The notes: generated from the letters alone by a model not told the origin. 37,780 nucleotides of DNA from a virus (IMGVR_UViG_3300021080_000003:1-37780); one strand, 5' to 3'. Positions 1-9,173 are shown, counted from the first letter of the stretch. Translations and numbers: made by a program.

Positions 1-647
1 TTGCTCGTAATTGGCTTGACGAGCAAGGCCCAAATCCTAGCGGCTACGTTCTGGAGTCAGTGGCCTACGACATCACCAACAAAGGCATCCGCATACTGGC
101 TGAAGCCGTGATGCTCATGGATGCCTGGATTCTCGAAGTTACCAAGCATCCCTCTGCCGAGCTACCCGATGTGATGCAGGAGGCGCTGGCGATCACCGAG
201 GAGGCGGTCCAGGCGCAGGTTGCCGAATTAGAGAACGCAGCCCCGCAGGCGTCTGATTCGCCAACAGGCATCGCCAGTCGCGAGACGCCTAGCGTTCAAG
301 AGCCTGCGGTGGCTGCGTCCACTACCGATCAAGAACGTGAAGGCGTGACCTTGGCGCAGATCAAACGTGAGGTGCGAAAGATGGACCGCAATGTTGAGCG
401 CGACAGCGAGCCCTTTAGGGCTGCAGTATGCCTCTTGGCCGCTATACAGGTCGGAGCTTCCACGAAGGCTATTGCTAGATTCACTCGCTACCCGGAGCCG
501 ATGGTGGAGAAGTTTTCTCGCAACCTCCGACAATCTGGAGTGTGGAAAGACGACAAAACGATCTGCGAATGGTTCGAGCCTAACGGCGGTGGGATCGCTT
601 TCTGGATGGATGTAGCAGTGGCGCAAGGCTTCATGGAGAGGACTTAA
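1..647 (+). CDS. Hypothetical protein, 5'-truncated by the window edge, convergent with the lysis cassette
   Basis: The frame of ORF 60..647 stays open back to base 3 (ARNWLDEQGPNPSGYVLESV...). No recognisable motif. Confidence 0.6.
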   Translation, partial: ARNWLDEQGPNPSGYVLESVAYDITNKGIRILAEAVMLMDAWILEVTKHPSAELPDVMQEALAITEEAVQAQVAELENAAPQASDSPTGIASRETPSVQEPAVAASTTDQEREGVTLAQIKREVRKMDRNVERDSEPFRAAVCLLAAIQVGASTKAIARFTRYPEPMVEKFSRNLRQSGVWKDDKTICEWFEPNGGGIAFWMDVAVAQGFMERT

Positions 648-669
648 TGGCTGCAACCCTGAAGGGATG

Positions 670-912
670 CTACTTGCAGGCCTGAATCACCGCTTCGGCC
701 TGGGCCGAGTAGCCGATCAGCGAAAGCCGCTCCGCAGCAATTGTCAGCACCAGCCCCTCGTCGTCCAGCGCCTTGAGGTCCGCGTTCGAGCTTACCGCCG
801 GGCGCGCGGGCACTTTTGGGGGTAGGCAAGTCACGCCGACAGGAACTTTGGCGGTGGGCGGCAGCGGCTCAGTAGCGCAGCCGGCAAGCAGCAGGAAGGC
901 GAGCGCCCTCAT
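670..912 (-). CDS. Outer-membrane spanin (Rz1-like lipoprotein)
   Basis: ATG at 912 follows GGAGGA. Signal peptide with lipobox MRALAFLLLAG-C, Pro-rich mature part, last gene of the lysis cassette. Confidence 0.75.
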   Translation of the reverse strand: MRALAFLLLAGCATEPLPPTAKVPVGVTCLPPKVPARPAVSSNADLKALDDEGLVLTIAAERLSLIGYSAQAEAVIQACK

Positions 913-1160
913 ATCTTCCTCCATACGCCGCGTTCCAGAAACCCGTGCCACTGTCCGGTATCAATCGACGGGCTCGCCGTGATCGTGCCGTCCTCGTGCT
1001 CGGTGATGATCCAAGCTGGCTTGGCGGTTGGCCCGGTGATGAAACCAGCGCCGGAATTAGGCGGCCGCACGTTCCACCAACCCTCCGCATCCTTGCCGTA
1101 GTCGCCCTCCGCGAGGAAGAGCTTCCCTTCGGCATCTTGGTAAACCCGTCGACCGATCAC
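909..1160 (-). CDS. Small hypothetical protein (DUF6527-like)
   Basis: Motif W...DGTITASPSI....WHGFL..G.W; 4-nt overlaps with both neighbours. Confidence 0.55.
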   Translation of the reverse strand: MIGRRVYQDAEGKLFLAEGDYGKDAEGWWNVRPPNSGAGFITGPTAKPAWIITEHEDGTITASPSIDTGQWHGFLERGVWRKI

Positions 1161-1546
1161 AACAAGCCCTCCCGGATCGTGCTCACAGCTCGGTCGGCGC
1201 CAGAGGGCGGGCAGGAAAGCGGCCGCGGCTTCTCGGGCTGGCGCGCCTTGGCCGTCAGGGCCTTGAGACGGGCTGCCTCATCTACCGCTTTGCGCGTCGC
1301 GCCCGCAGCCTCCTGCAGCCTCCTGGAGGCATCGGCCACCCTGGCATCCCCGTCAGCCTTTAGCCGGTCGACGGCATCGTTTTGATCTTTGATTCTGTCC
1401 CGCAGCGCAGCATTCTCCTCCTTGGCGGCGACTAGGTGATCCTGGCAGCCGTGCAGCCGGAAGGTCTGGAGGCCGCCCCACGCACCCAAGCCGAGCAGCG
1501 CCGCGGCCACCCACGTCCACGGTGAACGCAGGAGCAGCCAGGGCAT
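1157..1546 (-). CDS. Inner-membrane spanin (Rz-like)
   Basis: N-terminal TM helix followed by an Ala/charged coiled coil; downstream of the endolysin. Confidence 0.75.
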   Translation of the reverse strand: MPWLLLRSPWTWVAAALLGLGAWGGLQTFRLHGCQDHLVAAKEENAALRDRIKDQNDAVDRLKADGDARVADASRRLQEAAGATRKAVDEAARLKALTAKARQPEKPRPLSCPPSGADRAVSTIREGLL

Positions 1547-1800
1547 CAGGTGTTAAAGATGACAGGAAGATTGCCGCAGCCTGCTTGACCGTCAGCGCCA
1601 GCAGTCCACGTCGGGCCGATTGGCAGATACGGCGCGTAGGTCGTCGGCCACAGTGGGTACGGCTGCGGGATGCAGGAGATGTAGGTGGGAGGCATCAGTG
1701 AATTATGGAAGTGCAAATGTTGCGGTCGCGATTCAAGCTCCTTTACTTTGCGCTCCAGTTCCTCGATTCGCTTCATCGCTTCTTTCAATGTCATGTCCAA
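1546..1800 (-). CDS. Hypothetical protein
   Basis: Short coiled coil plus Pro/Tyr-rich tail; fills the gap between endolysin and Rz. Confidence 0.55.
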   Translation of the reverse strand: MDMTLKEAMKRIEELERKVKELESRPQHLHFHNSLMPPTYISCIPQPYPLWPTTYAPYLPIGPTWTAGADGQAGCGNLPVIFNT

Positions 1801-1805
1801 CTCCT

Positions 1806-2237
1806 TTACGCAGTTGTCTCAAACATGTCTGCCTCGGCCTTGCGCCTGGCGGTCAGGCCGGCGAGTTGAACGTTTCCCGCATGGTCCCAGCGTTTGAATT
1901 CTGCCGCAGCCCCATCATAATCAGCCTCATTCAGCTTTCGAAGCAGCGTCGAGTTCTTGAAGGCACGACAACCTAGGTTGAAAATGAAGCTTCCGAGTGC
2001 ATCGGTCTCTCCCTGCGTGAGCGGCACTGTCACGTTCGCCTCGATGCACTGCTCTGCGGTTTTCACGTCCTCAGCGAGCCACGCTTCGGCCTGTTCGGCA
2101 GTGCAGATATCGCCCCGCTTCACGCCTTTTGTGTGGCCGAATCCCAGAGTCCAGATGCCGACACTGTCTTGGTAACTTTCAAGTCTGCAGCCTTCGTGCT
2201 CGCGGATCAGCTCGAGGCCAGCCTCGGAGATGTTCAA
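1806..2237 (-). CDS. Endolysin, GH24 phage lysozyme
   Basis: Catalytic E-x8-D-x5-T motif (EGCRLESYQDSVGIWT-LGFGHT), FIFNLG, and C-terminal GLTARRKAE. Confidence 0.95.
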   Translation of the reverse strand: MNISEAGLELIREHEGCRLESYQDSVGIWTLGFGHTKGVKRGDICTAEQAEAWLAEDVKTAEQCIEANVTVPLTQGETDALGSFIFNLGCRAFKNSTLLRKLNEADYDGAAAEFKRWDHAGNVQLAGLTARRKAEADMFETTA

Positions 2238-2388
2238 GGCATCCGCCCAAGAGAAAGCAGGATCATTTCTTGCGTTTCTTCTTCGCTGGGATAAGAGGTA
2301 CCGACGGAAGCGCCCAGTCTATCTCGCGCGCTAGTCTGAACGCCCGCGCCACTCGTGCTGCCATCGGTCCTTTCCATTGCCGGGGCAT

Positions 2389-3012
2389 TCACGGATACAC
2401 GCGCCAGACCGGAACCTGTTGCCACTCTATGCCAGCGGCGTACTTCACGCGGATCGAGTCCCAGTTGAACCAGCCATGGTCGACGACGATCCTCAAGCGA
2501 TGGACGCCAGGCACCACGCCGATCAAGTCACTTTTGCCGCGCCACTCGAACGAAGTCCATCCCGCGGTAAACGCAGGGCCGAGCGCATAGCTTCCGGTGT
2601 CGGGGTAGCGCTTATCATCAAGCTCAACATGGTAAGCCGCCTCCGCACTCCCCTCGGCGATAGCGATTAGTAGCTCGACTGTGTAGTTCCCAAACGAGTT
2701 AAATTGAACCGTGTACTGCACCCATCCAGATAATCCGGGATCGCAGTAGCTGACGAAGGCGATAGCTCCCGCTACGCAGACATTGATTCCGTCCGGTCGA
2801 TATGCCTGTGTGCAGCCAGCGGCGCAGGAGTGCAGATCATGGAAGGCAACGCCCTCACCGCCTAAGTCGAAGTTCTCCGCTTCGATGATCGTGACTGCGC
2901 CAGGTATGCCGTTGATGTAAATTGGCGTGCCGGTGAAGGGATCGCCAATGGTGCCGGCATGCGCGTCGAGCAGGAGTGCGGTGAGGATTAGCGCGAGGAT
3001 GAACGCTTTCAA
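2389..3012 (-). CDS. Secreted carbohydrate-binding module protein (CBM6/CBM35-like)
   Basis: TTG start overlaps the upstream TGA. Signal peptide MKAFILALILTALLLDAHA. Motifs IEAENFDLGGEGVAFHD, WVQYTV, GVHRLRIV and FNWDSI are typical of galactose-binding-like CBM folds. Confidence 0.7.
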   Translation of the reverse strand: MKAFILALILTALLLDAHAGTIGDPFTGTPIYINGIPGAVTIIEAENFDLGGEGVAFHDLHSCAAGCTQAYRPDGINVCVAGAIAFVSYCDPGLSGWVQYTVQFNSFGNYTVELLIAIAEGSAEAAYHVELDDKRYPDTGSYALGPAFTAGWTSFEWRGKSDLIGVVPGVHRLRIVVDHGWFNWDSIRVKYAAGIEWQQVPVWRVYP

Positions 3013-3899
3013 GGCATCCTCCCTAGCGAGAGCGTCACGTCGTCCACGTAATGAGCAAACGCTACGTCGCCGTAGCCGGTCTGCTCGATCACCGTGAGGA
3101 GCGGCGTCTGGCCGACGAGCGGGTATTGCGTCTGGATGTTGAGCAGCTCGAAGATCAGCGCTCCGTTCATCCACAGCCGGAACGAGCCGGTGTTATTTCC
3201 CCGCGGAAGATACTCGATCTCGAAGAAGTTCCACTTGCCAACTGGCACAGGCGTGGGACTCACATATTCGACTTTGGGTGACAGGCTCGCCCGGCTCGTC
3301 GGGTTATAGGTGAGCCGCAAGGCGTTGCCAGTAGGTGTGAAGCCGAGGCTGAAGAACACATCAGAGACAGATCCGAATACAGCCGATTGCATGCTCAGCG
3401 ATCCCCAAATCTGGTACATGCCGGAAGCGTCGAAGCTGACCGGCGTGGGGAAGTAGTCGTACCAGCTCCAGTAGAGCTTCGTCCCAGCTCGGCAGAGCCG
3501 ATCGACCTCATCGTAGCGCTGCATCCTCGTGCCACCAGGAGCACCGGTCACCGCTTGCTGCATCACATAAGCGCTACTGGCGCGTGCTGGAATGCCAACG
3601 CTCGCAGCAGTAACCACGGTCGTGTCGGCGCTCCCGCTATTCACCTTCTCGCTCCACTGACTCAGGTTGCCAGCTTCCATGCTCGCCTTCCACTGGATCT
3701 GCGGGTCCGTTGGCGTTGGAGTCGGGGTGGGGGTTGGCGCAGGGGCCGGCGCCGGGAGCAACGCGGCCTCCACCTTCATCATGCGCGCTTGCAAGTCCGT
3801 GATTGCAGTCTCGGCTTTGACCACCCGCGCTGTGAGCGCAGTGAGCGCTGCGTTCGTCGCGTTGAGTTCAGTTGTGAGAGCTGTATTTGCGCCGCTCAT
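3009..3899 (-). CDS. Coiled coil + Pro/Thr linker + polysaccharide-lyase-like (concanavalin fold) domain
   Basis: N-terminal heptads, PAPAPAPTPTPTPTPT linker, and GKWNFFEIEY...GSFRLWMNG...YVDDV resembling Polysacc_lyase/LamG domains. Confidence 0.55.
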   Translation of the reverse strand: MSGANTALTTELNATNAALTALTARVVKAETAITDLQARMMKVEAALLPAPAPAPTPTPTPTPTDPQIQWKASMEAGNLSQWSEKVNSGSADTTVVTAASVGIPARASSAYVMQQAVTGAPGGTRMQRYDEVDRLCRAGTKLYWSWYDYFPTPVSFDASGMYQIWGSLSMQSAVFGSVSDVFFSLGFTPTGNALRLTYNPTSRASLSPKVEYVSPTPVPVGKWNFFEIEYLPRGNNTGSFRLWMNGALIFELLNIQTQYPLVGQTPLLTVIEQTGYGDVAFAHYVDDVTLSLGRMP

Positions 3900-4165
3900 T
3901 GCTGCCTCCTAAAGTACCAATTCAGCGCTGCACCCTGTAGCAGCATATAGGGGGCGAAGACCGCTGCGAGGATTGCAGCTACTTCTAGCCCTGGACGGTT
4001 ACCCGTCTCCGCGAAGTGCTCGGCCCACAGCGTTAGCTGAATCGTGCCGGCGAGGATGGCCAGGCTCACCGCGTGCTTATCGACGTCACGCTCATCGATC
4101 CAGTCGAAGAACGCGGACCAGCGTCCGGCCCACTTGTCGGTCGAGCGGCGATCGTCGGTAGTCAA
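3896..4165 (-). CDS. Putative holin
   Basis: 89 aa, two hydrophobic helices, basic C-terminus, upstream of the endolysin. Confidence 0.55.
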   Translation of the reverse strand: MTTDDRRSTDKWAGRWSAFFDWIDERDVDKHAVSLAILAGTIQLTLWAEHFAETGNRPGLEVAAILAAVFAPYMLLQGAALNWYFRRQQ

Positions 4166-4488
4166 TGAAACCTCTGCGCGATGGTCAGAATAAGGGAAAC
4201 CGTACTCAGAGCGCCAACAACGTACCCCATCCCTTTTGATAGAAACTGCCGCTCGCGATCATCCATCGCGGTGCGCCACTCGTTGGCGTTTGCTCGCCAT
4301 TTGTCGGCATTGTCCGCGGCTATACTTACAGCTTCCTTTGCCGCCGCGAGCGCGGCAGTCACCGCCTTATCCTGAAGCTCGAAGCGCTGCTCATAGCGCC
4401 TATCAGCTTCTTGGATGAGCGCTAGGAGGAATTCTTTTAGCTGGACTTCGGTCACCGGCAGTGGTTTTCCTCGAACGGGTTGAGCCAT
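4162..4488 (-). CDS. Membrane-anchored coiled-coil protein (holin/antiholin candidate)
   Basis: Helical body with a single C-terminal TM segment; lysis-cassette position. Confidence 0.5.
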   Translation of the reverse strand: MAQPVRGKPLPVTEVQLKEFLLALIQEADRRYEQRFELQDKAVTAALAAAKEAVSIAADNADKWRANANEWRTAMDDRERQFLSKGMGYVVGALSTVSLILTIAQRFH

Positions 4489-4790
4489 CCGGTGCAGACC
4501 CAGCGTGCAAGTCGGCCGCGCCAGTCTTGATCTTCTCTGTGGCTCGCGCAGCGCTGCGTGAAGGTGGGCTGATGAAAATCCGGCAGTTCGAGGAAGAGAA
4601 CTGAACCGATGGTGAGGTTGAAGCCAACGTCAGCCACCACGAGCATACCGAGGAGCAGATACGAGAGCGCGCGCACCGGCCAGGGCGCGAGATAGAACTT
4701 GCCGCTTCGGCGCGAGGCCATGATGGTGCAGTACGTGAGAAATAGCGCCCACATCACGGGAATGGCGAGGAAAATATATAGGACGATCAT
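4452..4790 (-). CDS. Conserved phage membrane protein
   Basis: ATG at 4790; two TM helices; DVGFNLTIGSVLFLELP...WRGRLARWVC...NPFEENHC pattern familiar from phage proteins near lysis genes. Confidence 0.65.
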   Translation of the reverse strand: MIVLYIFLAIPVMWALFLTYCTIMASRRSGKFYLAPWPVRALSYLLLGMLVVADVGFNLTIGSVLFLELPDFHQPTFTQRCASHREDQDWRGRLARWVCTGWLNPFEENHCR

Positions 4791-4791
4791 C

Positions 4792-5151
4792 CTAGCCGCC
4801 CTTAGCGGCAGCGTAATCTTTGACAGCTTGTGGTGCGAGCGGATCGATAAGAGCTGCGGCCAGACGCTGCTCGTCGAGCGCACTCATGGCAAGCGCTTTC
4901 TTGGAAGCTAAGTTATTCGCAGCGATTTGCGCTGGCGTCAGCGCTGGAGGTGTCGGCGGCGGCGGTGGAGTGTCATCGTGCACCGCGATTCCCTCACCTC
5001 TTTCCCAAGCTATCCGAAAAACGTCATATTCAGGAAACGGGGCCGGCACGCCGACAGTCAGAGCGTGATCGCGCATCGCCTGCGTGTAGGCGGCGAACTT
5101 GGCGAGAAAGATCGTTTGATCGACCGGGAGTTGCGATAGATTAAGGATCAT
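4792..5151 (-). CDS. Hypothetical protein, possible tail fibre assembly/chaperone
   Basis: Directly downstream of the tail fibre gene, with RBS AGGGAG. Confidence 0.5.
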   Translation of the reverse strand: MILNLSQLPVDQTIFLAKFAAYTQAMRDHALTVGVPAPFPEYDVFRIAWERGEGIAVHDDTPPPPPTPPALTPAQIAANNLASKKALAMSALDEQRLAAALIDPLAPQAVKDYAAAKGG

Positions 5152-5164
5152 TTCGTGCTCCCTT

Positions 5165-6013
5165 TCAGAATTTGATTATCTTGGTGACGACGTAGGAGGG
5201 CTGCATGGTGTTGTGCGCCGTGCCGTTGCCAGTGGAAGCCGTCACACCGGTTAGAGTGGCTGCCGTCGCGCCTACTACTACAATTCCTCCTACCCCCGTC
5301 TCGGCGTCTCCAGGGACCGGATGTGTGTGCGCGGCCAATTCTGCAATGCTCAATGCATGAGCTTCCTCGCCCCCAGTGTTACCTACGGCATTGCCGAGCG
5401 TTCCGGTGCCGCTTCCCCCTGAGCCTACAGAAGTCCTGCGCCGCGAATCAGGCAAACCAAAGGTCGTAGACCCATTTCCTGCGCCCCAAGTCGTGCTCAG
5501 AACAGCAAAAAGATCGGCATAAGTCGAGCGGCTAACATTAGATCCATCGCAAAGCAAATGTCCACTGGGAGCGGTGGCGCAAGCGCTATCGCTTATTCTT
5601 GCGATGGGGGTTCCGTCCCCATGAGCCCCGGAGACGATGTTAAATTGTGTCCCATCGTAATAGACTTGGACTGGTTGGTTAGCCCTTATCTCGTAGCCGA
5701 CCAGAGCCGCGGCATTCAGAAAGATATTTTTCGCGCCCAGCGAGGTGACATTGAGGGTCATCGCCCCAGTATTGCTATTTGCCGGGACGAACCAGAATCT
5801 CTGCCCGGTTGCATAAGCACTCAGACCCGCAAATGTCGCCGCTACCGTGTTCGTGCCGGTAACACCCGAAAGCGGCTCCATGGAAGCTTTGGCGCCGGCC
5901 TGAATGGCTCTGAGGTTGTCATCGAGCCCGGTTCCGACTGCTGTAGTGCCAGCGGGCTGGTTGCTGGCAGCCGTACTACTCCATGACCACGGGTCGACTG
6001 AGATATCTGCCAT
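5165..6013 (-). CDS. Tail fibre protein with phage tail collar domain
   Basis: APSGHLLCDGSNVSRSTYADLFAVL..TWGAGNGSTTFGLPD collar motif, HTH metal-binding motif (AAHTHP), and C-terminal HNTMQPSYVVTKIIK. Confidence 0.88.
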   Translation of the reverse strand: MADISVDPWSWSSTAASNQPAGTTAVGTGLDDNLRAIQAGAKASMEPLSGVTGTNTVAATFAGLSAYATGQRFWFVPANSNTGAMTLNVTSLGAKNIFLNAAALVGYEIRANQPVQVYYDGTQFNIVSGAHGDGTPIARISDSACATAPSGHLLCDGSNVSRSTYADLFAVLSTTWGAGNGSTTFGLPDSRRRTSVGSGGSGTGTLGNAVGNTGGEEAHALSIAELAAHTHPVPGDAETGVGGIVVVGATAATLTGVTASTGNGTAHNTMQPSYVVTKIIKF

Positions 6014-6025
6014 ACTTTTCCCCTA

Positions 6026-6055
6026 TTGACAGGAGCTTATCTACTTGAATAGAGT
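6026..6055 (+). promoter_or_regulatory. Putative sigma70 promoter for the counter-oriented small gene
   Basis: TTGACA (6026-6031), 18-nt spacer, TAGAGT (6050-6055). Confidence 0.4.
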
Positions 6056-6089
6056 CTGCTCGACCACTTTGAGGTATTGAGCAAGAGCC

Positions 6090-6350
6090 ATGTCCCTGCC
6101 TTGGCTGCTAATTACGATAGGTCTCTGCATTATCGTGTTCTGCATAGGCAGACTTATTGCTGAAATGCATCAGATGAAAAGGGAATGGCGCAGGGATCAT
6201 TTGATTTTCGAACCTTTGCCTCGCAAATCATGGTGGCTTGAGCCTAGTAAATCATGGTGGCTCGATGCTACTGACGATTGCGCTCAAGCACCCCAGGACC
6301 CAGCAGTGCCCCATACGTCAGGAGCGCGGGAGCAACACTCGGGGCGATAG
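6090..6350 (+). CDS. Small membrane protein (moron-like), antisense to the late operon
   Basis: N-terminal TM helix, lower GC, own candidate promoter, internal KSWWL duplication. Confidence 0.5.
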   Translation: MSLPWLLITIGLCIIVFCIGRLIAEMHQMKREWRRDHLIFEPLPRKSWWLEPSKSWWLDATDDCAQAPQDPAVPHTSGAREQHSGR

Positions 6351-7545
6351 GAGCATAATTCGCCATCATTTGCTGATATGGCGCAGAAAGAATTGCGGAT
6401 CTCAGCAGTGGCGGGATTGATTGGGCAGCAAGTAGACCAGTGGTAGCACCCAGTGAAGCTCCGTGACCGCCACCCAATATTGCCCCGACTCCTGCACCCG
6501 CCGCGCCAAATCCCCAAGGCATTAATTGATGCACCCCAACGCTTCCGCCAACTTGGGGCGCAGCCATCGCCTTCGGAAAATCGCGGTACATCTGCATGAT
6601 GGTTTCAAGATCGCCGCTCAACGGCGTTTTTCCACGGCTCTCCAAACGAGAGAGGGCGGATGGATCAAAAGATGATCCGCGCATTGCGCGCTCCACCGTG
6701 AAATTTTTAGCCAAAGCCATTCTAGCTTCACGCAGAGCTTGCGCCAATTCTGGGCGTCCGGCATCGGATGCCTGAACTGCTAACGCTTCTTCTAATTGAT
6801 CTGATCTTGCGCTTGCCTGTTTCGCCTGATTAAGAACCTCAGGTTTCTGCGAGCGGTTGTAATATGCCCACAACTCTTTGGCGTTATTCCTGGAGTCTTT
6901 TAGTTCTTCCAGAGTTTGAGCCGGCGATTTGAATGGGGGTTGACTAAGCGGCCCGACGCTTTCAAGGGCGGCGATATCTCTGTAGGGCTGCGCGATTCTG
7001 TCTCTGGCTGCTGCCATAGTCTCTGGATTGATCGATTCACTAGGTTTTAAGCCAGCCTCCCGTTGGGCGATCTTATAGGCGACATTCTCATTAAGTACGG
7101 TAGCTTCTTGTGCGGTAGCGGCCTTTCCACCGCCGCTTTCCAGAAGAAGGTTCGTTAATGATGGATTGACCTGGGAAGGTGGAACCTTCAAGCCCAGGTC
7201 TTTCCCCTTCTGCAAAATGGACGCCTTTTGAGCAACCATTGCATTGTGAGATATATCCATTGCCGAAAGCTCTTTACTGCCAGGCATAAAGAACGCCGGT
7301 ATTGCATTGCCAAGAAAGTTCGTTGCGGCTCCAGCGGCAGCAGCTATATTTGGAGATGCACCGGCACTAGAAGCTAAATCAGTGATCTTCCCGCCAAGAT
7401 TGTAGATGGCATTAGCGGCCCCAGATCCCCAAGGTCTTGCTTTCATATCTGCTACGACTTGTTGTGGAGACATGGCTGGAGCTGGGGTCGCTCCGGCGCT
7501 CGTGGCATTTTCCCAAGGAGCGGGGGCAGTTTCCCAGTCGCTCAT
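6268..7545 (-). CDS. Putative DNA ejection (internal virion) protein
   Basis: Ala/Gly-rich helical protein with a C-terminal glycine-zipper hydrophobic segment; third of three genes between nozzle and fibre, as in P22-like phages. Confidence 0.65.
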   Translation of the reverse strand: MSDWETAPAPWENATSAGATPAPAMSPQQVVADMKARPWGSGAANAIYNLGGKITDLASSAGASPNIAAAAGAATNFLGNAIPAFFMPGSKELSAMDISHNAMVAQKASILQKGKDLGLKVPPSQVNPSLTNLLLESGGGKAATAQEATVLNENVAYKIAQREAGLKPSESINPETMAAARDRIAQPYRDIAALESVGPLSQPPFKSPAQTLEELKDSRNNAKELWAYYNRSQKPEVLNQAKQASARSDQLEEALAVQASDAGRPELAQALREARMALAKNFTVERAMRGSSFDPSALSRLESRGKTPLSGDLETIMQMYRDFPKAMAAPQVGGSVGVHQLMPWGFGAAGAGVGAILGGGHGASLGATTGLLAAQSIPPLLRSAILSAPYQQMMANYAPIAPSVAPALLTYGALLGPGVLERNRQ

Positions 7546-9173
7546 TTTGCGCGCCTCTGAAGCTGTCCCGCCTCGTTTAGACGGTACTCGTACTTGGTCG
7601 GCTCAAAAGCCCCCCATGCAGATTTCGCCTGCGTCTCCATGGCATTGGCCTGGGGACCGGGCAGATGGATATTCGATACCGCCGCGCTCATCGGGAACGC
7701 TTGGGAATGCCATCCTTCGAACTGATACGGATCGCCTCCCTGCTTGAGATAGGTTCCAAGGTTCTGGGCTTTTTGAATCTGGTAGGTGCTCATCGCAGAA
7801 TCGGTTTGCAGGAGATATCTGATCGTGCCGGTCAGCTGATCGACGTTCGGCGAGGCTTGTTTTATCTGGAGCATGACCTCGCTCTGCGTGATTCTCGAGC
7901 CGTAGGCTTGCTTCGCTTTCTGAGTCGCAGCGTTGATCAAATCCTTGTTAAGGGCCGTAGTTGCATTGGCATCCCCGGCAACGACTTTATCCATCATCTC
8001 CAGCGGAACATTCAGCCTCGAGTGCAGGAAGTTTTTTACATTGGCGACGGACAGCGCACCCTTTCCTGTAGTGGCTGAATTCACCAGATCGAGGGCCTGT
8101 GTGTTGTAGACAAGCCTCTCGTTGGCGATGCCGGCGGCGTCGGAGGCTTTCGTGGTCAACTCCCCGCCGAGTTTTGCTGCGTCTTCCATGCGGCCTTTTT
8201 GATAAGTGCTCTGCCCTAGACCCTGAGGAATTTCCAGCCTCGGCATGCTCGCCCACGGGTCGGCTGGATCAGGCTTGGCCTGAGCGGGTGGTGCGAAAGG
8301 TCTTGGTTGCGGTGCAGGCGCCGGGGTCATCGATGGTGGCGGCTGTACTCCCGCTGCCCCTGGAAAGCCTGGAAGATTTGCGCCAAACGTTGGGATAGAT
8401 GCGCCGCTTGCCGTCTGCACCGGGTGCACGGCGAACATTGCATTGGCCCCCGCTCTCGTTTGCTCCTGCCCAGATAGCGCCGGAATGTAACCTGGAATAT
8501 TTTGGGCCGTTCCCCCGGTCATCTGCATTCCTACCGGGATGTTTGGGGCTGTGTAGATGTTTTGTCCCGTCGCACTGACGAGACTGCCCCCTGGCTTCAG
8601 GGCGGTCGGGGGACGCAATCGTATATCGTGCCCCAGAGCCCCGCTCATCAATGCATCGCCTCCAGGAAGGCCCGCAAAATTCATAAGCCGGCCTTCTTGA
8701 AACATTTGTTCGGGATTGAAATAGGCTGGCGGCCCGGATCCAGGGCCTGGAGCTGGAGTTGTCGTATTTGCCGCCGACAACGCCCCGGCCTCCTGCGCCG
8801 GCATCCTAGGAAATGCGTTTTGAAGTGTAGAAGGAGAAACCCCCGGAGGGCTCTGAGCCGGCGGCTGTGCAGAAAGCGCTCCTTCGTAGCCGCTCGGTGA
8901 GCCGAGCATCGGCTGTCCGCTTATCGCCCTTTGAAGCAGATCGGCCTGGATCTGGGCCCTGCGGTTGGCAAAGGCAAGTCCCAGCTGCTGCTGGTTCGCA
9001 AGCTGGTTTATGAGCGCCGCATGCTGAGCTGACTGCATGCCCCCGAATCCGGCGCCAAGGGCCTGGCCGAAGCTGTGCGGGAAGGGTTGCGGGCCCGCAG
9101 ACTGAAGAATGCCCTGGGCCAAGCCCAGAATACCCACGTTTTGCGGATCTGCGAAATAGTCGAGTGCAGCCAT
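7542..9173 (-). CDS. Putative DNA ejection protein
   Basis: Ala/Gln/Pro/Gly-rich; N-terminal GLAQGILQSAGP...SFGQALGAG; synteny. Confidence 0.65.
   Translation of the reverse strand: MAALDYFADPQNVGILGLAQGILQSAGPQPFPHSFGQALGAGFGGMQSAQHAALINQLANQQQLGLAFANRRAQIQADLLQRAISGQPMLGSPSGYEGALSAQPPAQSPPGVSPSTLQNAFPRMPAQEAGALSAANTTTPAPGPGSGPPAYFNPEQMFQEGRLMNFAGLPGGDALMSGALGHDIRLRPPTALKPGGSLVSATGQNIYTAPNIPVGMQMTGGTAQNIPGYIPALSGQEQTRAGANAMFAVHPVQTASGASIPTFGANLPGFPGAAGVQPPPSMTPAPAPQPRPFAPPAQAKPDPADPWASMPRLEIPQGLGQSTYQKGRMEDAAKLGGELTTKASDAAGIANERLVYNTQALDLVNSATTGKGALSVANVKNFLHSRLNVPLEMMDKVVAGDANATTALNKDLINAATQKAKQAYGSRITQSEVMLQIKQASPNVDQLTGTIRYLLQTDSAMSTYQIQKAQNLGTYLKQGGDPYQFEGWHSQAFPMSAAVSNIHLPGPQANAMETQAKSAWGAFEPTKYEYRLNEAGQLQRRAK

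Noticed and set aside
3700-3760. Repetitive GGCGTT/GGGGTT tract
   Set aside because: It encodes the Pro-Ala/Pro-Thr linker of the lyase-like protein.
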